Shown: piece by piece, positions 37,209 to 47,076 of the stretch
How positions within the stretch are numbered: the first letter of the stretch is position 1
Layout: each line of letters opens with the position of its first letter
Assembly (NCBI GenBank): GCA_963674755.2
Contig: CAXXVS010000001.1
Coordinates: 1,184,001 to 1,248,000 of the forward strand
From: Desulfobacterales bacterium
GTDB taxonomy: Bacteria; Desulfobacterota; Desulfobacteria; Desulfobacterales; UBA5852
DNA length: 64,000 nt
Direction of reading: 5' to 3'
Translations under genes and position numbers: made by a program
Notes under the pieces: generated by a model
What the model was told of the DNA's origin: nothing
Databases searched by the model: none
Seen by the model: the letters and a program-made list of their open reading frames with translations, nothing else

Positions 37209-39422
37209 ATGTCCAAATTAGTCGCGTTTGCCGCCATTCAGGGTGGCTATAATATTGTTTCGAAAGTTGAAGGTGATGTGAAGCAGGCCTTGGAAACCTA
37301 TAACGCCGACACTCCGGTGGGGTTTCCGAACACGGCCTACTACCTGCCGGTCATCTATTCCCTGCTGGGCATCAAAGTTGAAAAACTGGAAGACCTGGAG
37401 AAGCCGTTGGCCTTCTGCCGCAAACTGCTCCCGCCGCATGTCAAATCGCGCAACCATCTGCCTTACCTCGGGCCGCTGCTGGACGCCGGCATGGCGGCCA
37501 TCATGGCTTTCGAGATCAAGGAAGCCCTGCGTTATCTGAACGATCCGGATTTCTACTATGTTTCCGAGGAATGCGATCCGGAAAACGGCAAGCTTTGGCT
37601 GGGCGCGGCGGCCGATACCATCTTCCGGACCCGCGGCGTGGAGTTCGTGGACGGATCGGCTCCGGGGTTTGCGGCCATCGTGGGGGCGGCCCCCTCACCC
37701 GAAGTGGCCAAGGAAATCATCGAAGAATACCAGAAACGCAGCATCTACGTCTTCCTGGCGGCCAACCAGAACGGCACCAATATTTCCGAGCAGTTGGTCG
37801 AGGCCGGGGTCCAGGTGGGCTGGAACACCAAGATCGTGCCCTTCGGCCCGGACATCTCCTCGGCCGTGTTCGCCCTGGGATTCGCGAACCGTGTGGCCAT
37901 GGCTTTCGGCGGCGTCCAGCCGGGTGACTACAAGAAGATCCTCAAATACAACAAGGACCGTGTTTTCGCCTTTGTTAACGCTCTGGGCGACGTGGGCACC
38001 GAGTGGGCGGCGGCGGCGGCCGGCTGTGTCAACTGGGGTTTCCCGACCCTGGCCGACACCGACATTCCGGAAATTCTACCTACGGGTATCTGTACCTATG
38101 AGCATGTCGTGGCCAACGTGGCCCATGATGAAATGGTCCAGAAGTCGGTGGAGATCCGCGGTCTGAAGGTGACCGTTTCCGACATCGACATTCCCTGCAA
38201 CTTCGGTCCGGCCTATGAGGGCGAGCGCGTGCGCGGCGCCGATCTCTACACCCAGATGGGGGGCGGCAAGACCCAGGCCACCGAACTGGTGAAGATGGCC
38301 GAGATGAACGAGATCGAAGACGGCAAGGTCACGGTCATCGGTCCCGATATCGGCGACCTCAAGGAAGGCGATGTGTTGCCCCTGGGAATCTACGTCGAGG
38401 TGGCGGGCCGCGAAATGCAGAGCGATTTCGAGCCGATCCTGGAACGCCAGACCCACCATCTGGTGAACTACATCCAGGGCATCATGCACATGGGCCAGCG
38501 CGATATCGCCTGGGTGCGCGTGAGCAAAGCCGCCGTGGAAAAAGGGTTCACCCTGAAGGATATCGGGGTGGTGTTGCACGCCAAATACCATCAGGACTTC
38601 GGTGCTATTCTCGACAAGGTCCAGGTGACGCTCTACACCAAGAAGGAAGACGTGGATAAGCTGACCGCACGGGCGCGCGCGGAATACAAGACCCGTGACG
38701 AACGGGTGGACAAGATGACCGACGAGGATGTGGAGATTTTCTACTCCTGCACCCTGTGCCAGTCATTTGCTCCCAGCCATGTATGCGCGGTCAGCCCGGA
38801 GCGTACCGGCCTTTGCGGCGCTTACAACTGGATGGACTGTCGGGCGTCTTATCAGATCAATCCCACCGGCCCCAACCAGCCCATCGAGAAGGGCGAGGTC
38901 CTGGATGCCAAACTGGGTATGTTCAAGGGCGTCAACGAGTTTGTTGCCAAAGCGTCCCGCGGCGCCATCACCCAGTATAACTTCTACTCCATGGTACACG
39001 AGCCCATGACGACCTGCGGGTGCTGTGAGTGTATTGCGGCCATGCTGCCGTCCTGTAACGGTGTCATGACGGTCAACCGCGAGTACACCGGGGAGACCCC
39101 CTGCGGGATGAAGTTCACCACCCTGGCGGGTGTCATGGGCGGCGGGGCCTCCTCGCCAGGCTTCGTGGGCCACTCCAAGTACAACATCACCCAACGCAAG
39201 TTTATCGTCGGCGACGGCGGGCTCCTGCGCATGGTCTGGATGCCCAAAATGCTGAAGGATGAAATCCGGGAGCGCCTGATTCAGCGCGGTACCGAAATGG
39301 GCGATCCGGAGCTGGTGGATAAAATCGCCGACGAAACGGTGGGGATCACCGAGGAAGAGATCATGCCCTTCCTGCAGGAAAAGGGGCATCCGGCGTTGTC
39401 CATGCCGCCGATTATCGGTTAG
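37209..39422 (+). CDS. acsB: Acetyl-CoA synthase (bacterial type, with N-terminal domain)
   Basis: 'FPNTAYYLP', A-cluster 'CTLCQSFAPSHVC...GLCGA' and 'PMTTCGCCEC', 'TPCGMKF'. Confidence 0.96.
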   Translation: MSKLVAFAAIQGGYNIVSKVEGDVKQALETYNADTPVGFPNTAYYLPVIYSLLGIKVEKLEDLEKPLAFCRKLLPPHVKSRNHLPYLGPLLDAGMAAIMAFEIKEALRYLNDPDFYYVSEECDPENGKLWLGAAADTIFRTRGVEFVDGSAPGFAAIVGAAPSPEVAKEIIEEYQKRSIYVFLAANQNGTNISEQLVEAGVQVGWNTKIVPFGPDISSAVFALGFANRVAMAFGGVQPGDYKKILKYNKDRVFAFVNALGDVGTEWAAAAAGCVNWGFPTLADTDIPEILPTGICTYEHVVANVAHDEMVQKSVEIRGLKVTVSDIDIPCNFGPAYEGERVRGADLYTQMGGGKTQATELVKMAEMNEIEDGKVTVIGPDIGDLKEGDVLPLGIYVEVAGREMQSDFEPILERQTHHLVNYIQGIMHMGQRDIAWVRVSKAAVEKGFTLKDIGVVLHAKYHQDFGAILDKVQVTLYTKKEDVDKLTARARAEYKTRDERVDKMTDEDVEIFYSCTLCQSFAPSHVCAVSPERTGLCGAYNWMDCRASYQINPTGPNQPIEKGEVLDAKLGMFKGVNEFVAKASRGAITQYNFYSMVHEPMTTCGCCECIAAMLPSCNGVMTVNREYTGETPCGMKFTTLAGVMGGGASSPGFVGHSKYNITQRKFIVGDGGLLRMVWMPKMLKDEIRERLIQRGTEMGDPELVDKIADETVGITEEEIMPFLQEKGHPALSMPPIIG

Positions 39423-39440
39423 TGGCGGAATGTCTACCCC

Positions 39441-39477
39441 GACCGACCGGGGCGACGTTTTCGTCCCCCGGCCGGTC
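39441..39477 (+). other. GC-rich intergenic stem-loop between acsB and acsC
   Basis: GACCGACCGGGGCGACG-TTTT-CGTCCCCCGGCCGGTC forms an imperfect hairpin without a U-tract. Confidence 0.55.
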
Positions 39478-39546
39478 ATGATGTTGATCCTAATATTGCA
39501 TACGCAACGGTTCTAAATAGCGCTGAACAACAGCAAGGAGAAAACC

Positions 39547-40887
39547 ATGGCATTAACCGGTATTCAGATTTTTAAACTCCTGCCGAAAACCAATTGCAAG
39601 GAATGCGGTGTGCCGACTTGCCTGGCCTTTGCCATGAACCTGGCATCGGGCAAGGCCGAGCTGGACAGTTGCCCCTATGTCTCCGATGAAGCCCGCGAAA
39701 AACTGGCGGAAGCCTCGGCCCCGCCGATCCGCCCCGTGGTGCTGGGCGCCGGGGTACGCAAGACCACCGTGGGCGGGGAAACCGTCCTCTACCGGCACGA
39801 AAAAACATTTTTCAATCCCACAGCCCTGGCCGCTCTGGTAACTTCCGACACGGCCGAGGCCGATCTGACCGCTAAGCTCAAAGGCTGGAACGCCCTCCAG
39901 TTCGAACGGGTGGGCCTCAACCTGCGTCCCGAACTCGTGGCGCTCAAGGATGTCAGCGGCGATGCCGCGGCCTTTGCCAAACTGGCCAAACTGGTGGCCG
40001 AAACCTCGGAGTTCAACCTGGTGTTGATGAGTGACGGCGTGGATGTCCTGAAAGCCGGGGCCGAAGCCTGCGCCTTCAAACATCCCCTGCTTTACGCTGC
40101 CACGGAAAGCACGGTGGATGCGCTGGGTGCGCTGGCCAAGGAGATGGGGCTGCCGCTGGCCGTCAAGGCCGATTCGGTGGAAGCGCTGGTACCCCTGACC
40201 ACCAAGCTGACCGAGATGGGGTTGAAGGACATCGTGCTGGATGCAGGCTCCCGTGATGTCAAAGGCTCGCTGGACGACCAGGTGGCCATCCGCCGGGCCG
40301 CCCTCAAAGATCTCAACCGGGCGGTGGGCTTTCCGACGATTACCTTCCCCTGTGAAATGGCCTCCAATCTGGACATGGAAACATTGCTGGCCGGGCAGTT
40401 TATCGCCAAATACGGCGGAATCGTTGTCCTGTCGGATTTTGTCGGCGATTCCCTGTTCCCGCTGCTGTTGGAACGCTTGAACATCTATACCGACCCCCAG
40501 CGGCCCATGACCGTGACCGAGGGCATTTTCGAAATCAACAACCCGGACGAGAATTCGCCGGTGCTGGTGACCACCAACTTCGCCCTGACCTACTTCATCG
40601 TGTCCGGCGAGATCGAAGCCAGCAAGGTGCCCGCCTGGCTGCTGATCAAGGATTCCGAAGGGTTGTCGGTCCTTACCGCATGGGCGGCCGGCAAATTTGC
40701 CGGCGACGATGTGGGCATGTTCGTCAAGAAGAGCGGCATCATGGACAAGGTCAAACATACCGAACTGATTATCCCCGGTTACGCGGCTGCTATTGCCGGT
40801 GATGTGGAAGAAGAACTGCCTGGCTGGACCATTACGGTGGGGCCGCGTGAGGCCGCCCATCTGCCCGGCTTTCTCCGCGGGCGGTAA
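39547..40887 (+). CDS. acsC: Corrinoid iron-sulfur protein large subunit (AcsC/CdhE)
   Basis: 'LPKTNCKECGVPTCLAFAM...CPY', 'IYTDPQRP', 'VTTNFALTYF', 'GLSVLTAWAAGKF', 'VGPREA'. Confidence 0.96.
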   Translation: MALTGIQIFKLLPKTNCKECGVPTCLAFAMNLASGKAELDSCPYVSDEAREKLAEASAPPIRPVVLGAGVRKTTVGGETVLYRHEKTFFNPTALAALVTSDTAEADLTAKLKGWNALQFERVGLNLRPELVALKDVSGDAAAFAKLAKLVAETSEFNLVLMSDGVDVLKAGAEACAFKHPLLYAATESTVDALGALAKEMGLPLAVKADSVEALVPLTTKLTEMGLKDIVLDAGSRDVKGSLDDQVAIRRAALKDLNRAVGFPTITFPCEMASNLDMETLLAGQFIAKYGGIVVLSDFVGDSLFPLLLERLNIYTDPQRPMTVTEGIFEINNPDENSPVLVTTNFALTYFIVSGEIEASKVPAWLLIKDSEGLSVLTAWAAGKFAGDDVGMFVKKSGIMDKVKHTELIIPGYAAAIAGDVEEELPGWTITVGPREAAHLPGFLRGR

Positions 40888-40985
40888 TTTTTTATATCGC
40901 TGCCGGTTTTACAGGGGCGGTGCTGGTTCAAGGCCGCCCAAGCCCAATCGGCCAGGAAACAAAGCCTACGAGAGAGGGAGGTTCT

Positions 40986-41882
40986 ATGCTACTGTTTGGT
41001 GAAAGTTTGAATGTGATTTCCACGAAGATCGGCCGTGCCTTCAAGGAGCGGGACCCCAAGCCGATCCAGGAAGAGGCCCTGTTTCAGAAAGAAAAACGGA
41101 TGGACTACATCGACATCAACCTGGGACCGGCCAAGAAGGACGGCCACGAATTGATGCCCTGGGTGGTGGAGGTGGTTCAGGATGTTGTGCCTGATTTGCC
41201 CCTGTTGTTGGACACATCCAATATCGACGCCATCGAAGCCGCTTTGAAAGTGATCAAACAGGTGCCCAGCGGCACGCCGCATATCATCAACTCCATCATG
41301 GTGCGGCCGGAGCGCTATGAGCGCATGGTTCCCATGGCGGCCGAACACAATGCCGACTTCGTCGCTTTGATGTGGGGCCCCGAGGGGCTGCCCCGGGATG
41401 AAAACGAACGCGCGGCCCTGTGCGTCGAACTGCTTTATTTCGCCAACGAGGCCGGCATTCCCAACGAGAAAATCTGGGTGGACGGTATCGTTACCCCCGT
41501 CAATATCCAGCAGCCTCAGGCCATCAGCCTGATGGAATTCCAGAAGATGATTCCGGACATGGCCCCCGGCGCCCGGAGCACCTGCGGCCTGTCCAATATT
41601 TCCAACGGTCCGCCTGACCACCTGCGGCCCATTCTTAACCAGACGTACACTGTGATGCTGATGAAATGCGGCATGGAATCGATCATCTCGGATCCCCGCG
41701 ACGAGCTGCTCACCGCCATCTGCAAGGGTGAGCGCCAGGACATCGTGGATCTGATTTACGGCATGTTGGACGGGCAGGCACCGGATGTGGGTGGACTTTC
41801 CGAAGAGCTGCTGAAATACAAGAAGACGGTCGATGTCATCCTGGGCAATACGCTTTACTCGGATTCATGGCTGGAGGTCTAA
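40986..41882 (+). CDS. acsE: Methyltetrahydrofolate:corrinoid Fe-S protein methyltransferase (MeTr)
   Basis: Pterin-binding barrel motifs 'GESLN', 'DINLG', 'LDTSN', 'IINS', 'GLSNISNG'. Last gene before a terminator in the acs cluster. Confidence 0.88.
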   Translation: MLLFGESLNVISTKIGRAFKERDPKPIQEEALFQKEKRMDYIDINLGPAKKDGHELMPWVVEVVQDVVPDLPLLLDTSNIDAIEAALKVIKQVPSGTPHIINSIMVRPERYERMVPMAAEHNADFVALMWGPEGLPRDENERAALCVELLYFANEAGIPNEKIWVDGIVTPVNIQQPQAISLMEFQKMIPDMAPGARSTCGLSNISNGPPDHLRPILNQTYTVMLMKCGMESIISDPRDELLTAICKGERQDIVDLIYGMLDGQAPDVGGLSEELLKYKKTVDVILGNTLYSDSWLEV

Positions 41883-41913
41883 ACCCCTGCCCTGCCTTCA
41901 CCGATGGATGCAT

Positions 41914-41943
41914 AAAAAGCCCTTCCACCGGGAAGGGCTTTTT
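41914..41943. terminator. Bidirectional-type rho-independent terminator after acsE
   Basis: AAAAAGCCCTTCC-ACCG-GGAAGGGCTTTTT, a perfect hairpin with A/U tracts. Confidence 0.88.
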
Positions 41944-42026
41944 GTACTTTTGCCCAGACGGTTGGCCGCGGCGGTGCTTTAGCCGCCCCGCAGCCTCCTG
42001 CCACAAAAGAAAGGATCGGAATTCCC

Positions 42027-42644
42027 ATGGCCAGGGTTGACGATTATCGGGCCGCGCGTGCGCTGGCGGCCGATACGCTGTCGGAGCAGACCATTGCCGC
42101 AATCAGTGAACGGACCGGTCTGGTCTGCCGGGATGACGATCACTTGGAAATCCGCTTTTTGGACCGCCGCTATGGGATCCGTTATCCGGAATTCGAATTC
42201 GAGGATTTGGAGGCCGCGGAGCGGGAGATCCCCCTCCAGGAACAGGTTCTGATCCTCCATTACATGCTGGGGGCCGACCCCCGACGAATCCCGGGCGATA
42301 TGATCGCCTATCGCGAAATTCCCGGGGCGTCCTTCTATTTCGGCCCTTTCGTCAAGCGGGCGGTCAATCCGCTGAAAGAAACCTTCGGCCGGAATCTGGA
42401 AGCGTTTCACCGGGCCTGTCGGGCTTTGGCGGGATCGCCCATCGATGCGGGCGATGCCGGCTATCGGTTCCAGGTTTTCCCCCAGCTGGCCATGCATTAT
42501 ATTCTCTGGGAAGGCGATGAAGAATTCGATCCCGAAGCGAATATTTTGTTCAATGAAGCGACCGGGGAGTGTTTGTCGCCGGAGGACGCCGCCTGGCTGG
42601 CCGGGATGGTGGTTTACCGCTTGATGGCCCTCAGCCGCGGTTAA
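42027..42644 (+). CDS. DUF3786 domain protein
   Basis: 'QVLILHY', 'YREIPGASFYFGPF', 'WEGDEEF..EANILF', 'EDAA'. Confidence 0.75.
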   Translation: MARVDDYRAARALAADTLSEQTIAAISERTGLVCRDDDHLEIRFLDRRYGIRYPEFEFEDLEAAEREIPLQEQVLILHYMLGADPRRIPGDMIAYREIPGASFYFGPFVKRAVNPLKETFGRNLEAFHRACRALAGSPIDAGDAGYRFQVFPQLAMHYILWEGDEEFDPEANILFNEATGECLSPEDAAWLAGMVVYRLMALSRG

Positions 42645-42804
42645 CCAGGGGCCAAAGAATGCCTTTGCGGGACGGCCGGCTTCATTGCCATGAGAGCGGC
42701 TTTCTGAAAGGCGATTCCCGACGTTGCCGGTCGAACGAGACCATCGCGCCCGGGGGGCGTTGGCGACGTTAGATGACCAATGGCAGGCGTAGGAGAAGAC
42801 CGGA

Positions 42805-45800
42805 ATGATCCGCTCCAAAGCGCTGGAAGTCAATATAGCGGATTACCACGTCGATGTGAAAATCGACCCGCAGTATGCCGTCCTGCAGGAGGTGATGGCG
42901 ACCTATTTCGGTTTGCAGGAAGGTTTGACCACCTTTCTAAAAGAATTATCCCATCCTTACAAGAACTGGAAATTTATCGTCAAGGAAGCCCGCATCTACT
43001 CCCTTGACTATTTCCATCTGATCCGATCCCACTCCGAGGGACCACGCGCGGCCCAGATCTATATCGATATCTATCTGCGCGCCATTGAATCCACCCGTAC
43101 CACTGATGTCTGCATTGATGCGGTGGACAATTTGATGCTCCTCCTGCTGAAGATTGTCAAAGAATCGGGGGAGGTCTTCGAGTGCTTTGCGTCCGTTCTG
43201 GACGACGCTTTACGGAGCATCCGCCGCTATGACAGCGCAATTTTCATGGTGTTTCTTAAAAGCTACTACCAGCTGAACCGGCTCGGCGAGGCCGCCTTGA
43301 AGCTGGGTCCTCCCCATCTCGAACAGCTGCCGCATCTGAATTTGCTGCTGATACGGTTTTTTCAGGACAGCTATGCCTACTGGATGAAGGAAGAAGACCC
43401 GCAGCAGTGGTTTGAAAAGGAGGCCGATAAGTTTAGACCGGACGCCGATCTGGCAGCGGTTTTCGACGCCATCGCGCATGCGACCCTGCAGCGCTATCGT
43501 CAGCGGTTGGACGATATCCTCCACTGTGAAGACATCCGTTCCCCGGAAGTACTCGAGCGTCTTCTCGACATGCCGGGATTCAATCAGATCGTTCAAGCCC
43601 ACCGCGAGATTCCGGACCGCTTGAGCACGCTCGGCCAAAAAAACGGGCGCGGTGAGCTCTACCGGCTGTTGTTTCTGTTTTACCAGATGAATCTGGAAGG
43701 ATTGTCCATCGTTCACGAAGAAGCCCTGCGGGATATCAATCGGGCCCTGACCTGGATCATCGACAACGAAAAGCCATGGCATATCCGGCGGCTGATCGAG
43801 AAAACGTTCTCCATTCTCAAGGAGCGGGCGGCGATTTTCCCAACCACCTCCCTCAATTGTGTCCTGAATATGGGCAAGGGCGTCTACCGTACCCAGGATA
43901 TCGATTTTATCAATTTTTTCATCGATCAGGTCATCGACCTGGGCTTCCAGGCACCCAACATCGGCGGGGTGGGCAACGACTGGCAAATCCAGGTCAATAG
44001 CGCCCATCTGCAGAATATCAGGACCTGGCTGGAGCTGATCGAGCTCAGCCCCAAACGTTCCACACGACTTATGAGCTACCTGATCATTCAGGTGGCCATC
44101 TGCGGGGTTTTCATCAAGGACACCGATCTTTTCCCCAGGGACATCACCCACTTTTTAAACAGCGGTATCGAGCCGGTTTATAATATCGCCAAACAGCTGG
44201 CCCGGTTGTTTCCGGTCTATTTCAACGATATCGGCGCGGAAGGGAAACTGCGGGACATTTCCACCCAGCTTGACGAGATCAATCACCGCAAGGATGTCCT
44301 GCTGCATTTCCTGCGCAAACAATGCCATGTGGAGAGCAGCAATCGCATCATCAATTTCATGGAGGCGGTGCTGCATTTCTGGCAGACGCGCGACAAAGAG
44401 CCGCTGCGGCCTTTTACACCCCCCAACATTTTCAGCGATATCGAAAGTGCAGGATCCTATATTGATGGGGTCCACATTGCCATGCAGCGGCTTAAGGAAC
44501 GCGGTCTGGGAGAGCTTGATGTGTTATTGCGGATTCCCGACGAAGGGTTGCAGAACGTCCTGGCGGAATACGATGAAATCAAGCCCATCGATCGGGAACG
44601 GGTCTATCTGGCCGTCATTTTCTACAAATTGCTCAATCAGAAATACAACATCGATTTCATCGAACTGGGACATTATATCGCCCAGTTGAAGAGTGACGGC
44701 TTTCCCGGGCTGGAAGCCCTGGAGAGTGTGCTGGAAGTGAGCGATTCCCGGGAGAAAATGCGCGGTCTGCTCGATGCCCAGGAGGAACTCAAGGCCATCA
44801 TCCTTTCAGCCAAGACTTTTGAAATCCGCGAGGACATATACAAAAAACGCCATTTCACGATCGATATCCCTTCCATGTACGGCAGCTATCACGAAATGAA
44901 GTTCAACGCGCTGGGGCTGGCCTTCCGGCTGGAATCGTTGACCAATGTGCTGTTGGAAAAACTCATCCGGCGGATCGATTTAAGTCTCATCACCCGGGCG
45001 ACGTTTTACCATATTTATGACCTGCTGCTGCTCTTCCAGCGGGCCCTGGCGCTGGACGGCATCGCCTCCAAAGAATTCGAGCGGCAGCTGGAAATGCTGG
45101 CCCACGCCCTGGAGGCCCGCGGATTCACTTTTACCCAATACCTGGATGTCCTGCGGGGCTTCGCGACTGCCGTCAAGAACATCATCAATGACTACTTCAA
45201 CAATATCCACGAGCAGAACCTGGACCGCATCATCCATCGCACGCCCCCGGATCAGATTCTGCCCAAGTACCTGCCGGCGGACGGCGGGACGGAAAAAGAG
45301 GGGCAGCACCACCGTATCTCGGAGATCTTTTTTCGGGATTTGCTATCCTTATCATTGGGTCTGCGGCAGCTGGATCTCTTCCTCAGCCGGATCCTGACGA
45401 CGCTTTTCCATCAGTCGGCCAAGATTCCCAAAGACAGTCTCCACAGCCTGTTGAACTATGACCCTCAGCGGGCCTTGACGTCGCTGGTGATTCCCAACGA
45501 GCGGGTGCACGGTATCATCTACCTCGGCAATAAGGGACTCAACATGCTGAAACTGACCGGTTTCGGCTTTCCGGTGCCGCCGGGGTTTATCGTGACCACC
45601 GAAGTCTTTCGGTGCCGGGAGGTCATCGAACGCTATCCGGCCGCGGAAGCCAATTTCCGGGACCAGGTGGCGCGGCACATCGCGCTCTTGGAAAACCAGA
45701 CCGGCAAAAAATTCGGCAATGCCCGTAACCCCTTGATGCTTTCCGTGCGTAGCGGCTCATCCATTTCCCAGCCCGGCATGATGGATACCTTTCTGGACGT

Positions 45801-46983
45801 GGGCATCAACGAAGAGATCGCCGCCGGACTGGCGGTCAAAACCGGCAATGCCTGGTTTGCCTGGGACAACTACCGCCGCTTCCTGCAATGCTGGGGTATG
45901 TCCTTCGACCTGCAGCGCGACGATTTCGATGCCATCATGGGCGAGTTCAAAAATCGGTTCGGTACGCCGCTCAAACGCGGCTTCAGCGGCGAGCAGATGC
46001 AGCAGGTGGCCCTGACCTACAAGGAAATGATCCGGGAGGCCGGCATTCTGGTGCCCGAGGACCCCTTCGAGCAGTTGGTGCTGACCACCATGCGGGTGCT
46101 GCAGTCCTGGGAATCCACCAAGGCCCAAACCTACCGCAAGATCATGGGGATTTCCGATGACTGGGGCACGGCCGTCACGATCCAGCAAATGGTTTTCGGC
46201 AATGTCTCTCAGAAGTCCGGCTCAGGCGTGATTTTTACCCATAATCCGCGCTGGTCGGGGGATACTTTGCGCTTATGGGGCGATTTTACCATCGAGAACC
46301 AGGGCGAAGACGTGGTGGCCGGCCTCGTGACCACCTTGCCCATTTCCGTCATCCAGCAGGAGACCGAGATGCGGGATACGGATATTACCCTGGAAACCCA
46401 CTTTCCTAACATTTTTGCGGCGCTGGAAGGGTTTGCGCGGGATCTGGTCTTCAAACGGGGGTGGAGCCCCCAGGAGATGGAGTTCACCTTCGAGGGCGAC
46501 CGCGGCGAAGATCTTTACATCCTCCAGAGCAGGGACATGGCCATCCGGGAGCGCAAGAAATTCATGATGTTCGACCATGAGGAACTCGGCCGCAAACATC
46601 CCATCGGCCATGGCATCGGTGTCAGCGGCGGCGCCATGAGCGGGCGCCTGGTATTCACCCTGGACGAGATCGACTATTGGCGCAAACTGGAGCCCGGGAC
46701 GTCGTTGATCTTGGCCCGCGCGGATACGGTTCCGGATGATATCCGTGAAATCCACGCCGCGGACGGTTTGCTGACATCGCGTGGGGGGCTGACGTCCCAT
46801 GCCGCCGTGGTGGCCCATCGCCTGGGACGGACCGGTGTGGTCGGCTGCGGGGAGCTGATCTGCGACGAGAAGAAGAAGATCTGCCACATCAGTGAAGCGA
46901 TTCTCAGCTCGGGGGATTACATCAGCATCAACGGACAGGAAGGATCGGTATACCAGGGATTGATCAAAGTCGAAGAGACATGA
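42805..46983 (+). CDS. PPDK-related dikinase: ~900-aa unknown N-terminal region + ATP-grasp + phospho-His domain, no pyruvate-binding domain
   Basis: 'LGNKG', 'PVPPGF', 'SVRSG..SQPGMMDT', 'QQMVFGN', 'SGSGV.FT', 'QGEDVVAG', 'EFT', 'ILQSR', 'GGLTSHAAVVA'. The protein ends about 60 aa after the His. Confidence 0.85.
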   Translation: MIRSKALEVNIADYHVDVKIDPQYAVLQEVMATYFGLQEGLTTFLKELSHPYKNWKFIVKEARIYSLDYFHLIRSHSEGPRAAQIYIDIYLRAIESTRTTDVCIDAVDNLMLLLLKIVKESGEVFECFASVLDDALRSIRRYDSAIFMVFLKSYYQLNRLGEAALKLGPPHLEQLPHLNLLLIRFFQDSYAYWMKEEDPQQWFEKEADKFRPDADLAAVFDAIAHATLQRYRQRLDDILHCEDIRSPEVLERLLDMPGFNQIVQAHREIPDRLSTLGQKNGRGELYRLLFLFYQMNLEGLSIVHEEALRDINRALTWIIDNEKPWHIRRLIEKTFSILKERAAIFPTTSLNCVLNMGKGVYRTQDIDFINFFIDQVIDLGFQAPNIGGVGNDWQIQVNSAHLQNIRTWLELIELSPKRSTRLMSYLIIQVAICGVFIKDTDLFPRDITHFLNSGIEPVYNIAKQLARLFPVYFNDIGAEGKLRDISTQLDEINHRKDVLLHFLRKQCHVESSNRIINFMEAVLHFWQTRDKEPLRPFTPPNIFSDIESAGSYIDGVHIAMQRLKERGLGELDVLLRIPDEGLQNVLAEYDEIKPIDRERVYLAVIFYKLLNQKYNIDFIELGHYIAQLKSDGFPGLEALESVLEVSDSREKMRGLLDAQEELKAIILSAKTFEIREDIYKKRHFTIDIPSMYGSYHEMKFNALGLAFRLESLTNVLLEKLIRRIDLSLITRATFYHIYDLLLLFQRALALDGIASKEFERQLEMLAHALEARGFTFTQYLDVLRGFATAVKNIINDYFNNIHEQNLDRIIHRTPPDQILPKYLPADGGTEKEGQHHRISEIFFRDLLSLSLGLRQLDLFLSRILTTLFHQSAKIPKDSLHSLLNYDPQRALTSLVIPNERVHGIIYLGNKGLNMLKLTGFGFPVPPGFIVTTEVFRCREVIERYPAAEANFRDQVARHIALLENQTGKKFGNARNPLMLSVRSGSSISQPGMMDTFLDVGINEEIAAGLAVKTGNAWFAWDNYRRFLQCWGMSFDLQRDDFDAIMGEFKNRFGTPLKRGFSGEQMQQVALTYKEMIREAGILVPEDPFEQLVLTTMRVLQSWESTKAQTYRKIMGISDDWGTAVTIQQMVFGNVSQKSGSGVIFTHNPRWSGDTLRLWGDFTIENQGEDVVAGLVTTLPISVIQQETEMRDTDITLETHFPNIFAALEGFARDLVFKRGWSPQEMEFTFEGDRGEDLYILQSRDMAIRERKKFMMFDHEELGRKHPIGHGIGVSGGAMSGRLVFTLDEIDYWRKLEPGTSLILARADTVPDDIREIHAADGLLTSRGGLTSHAAVVAHRLGRTGVVGCGELICDEKKKICHISEAILSSGDYISINGQEGSVYQGLIKVEET

Positions 46984-47076
46984 TGGGGCAACGGGTGCTT
47001 TCCGCGCAGCGGTTCCGGGAGACCGCCAAGCGGGATCGTGGGCAACCGCGACCGACAACACTACGGGGGAGAAGAC

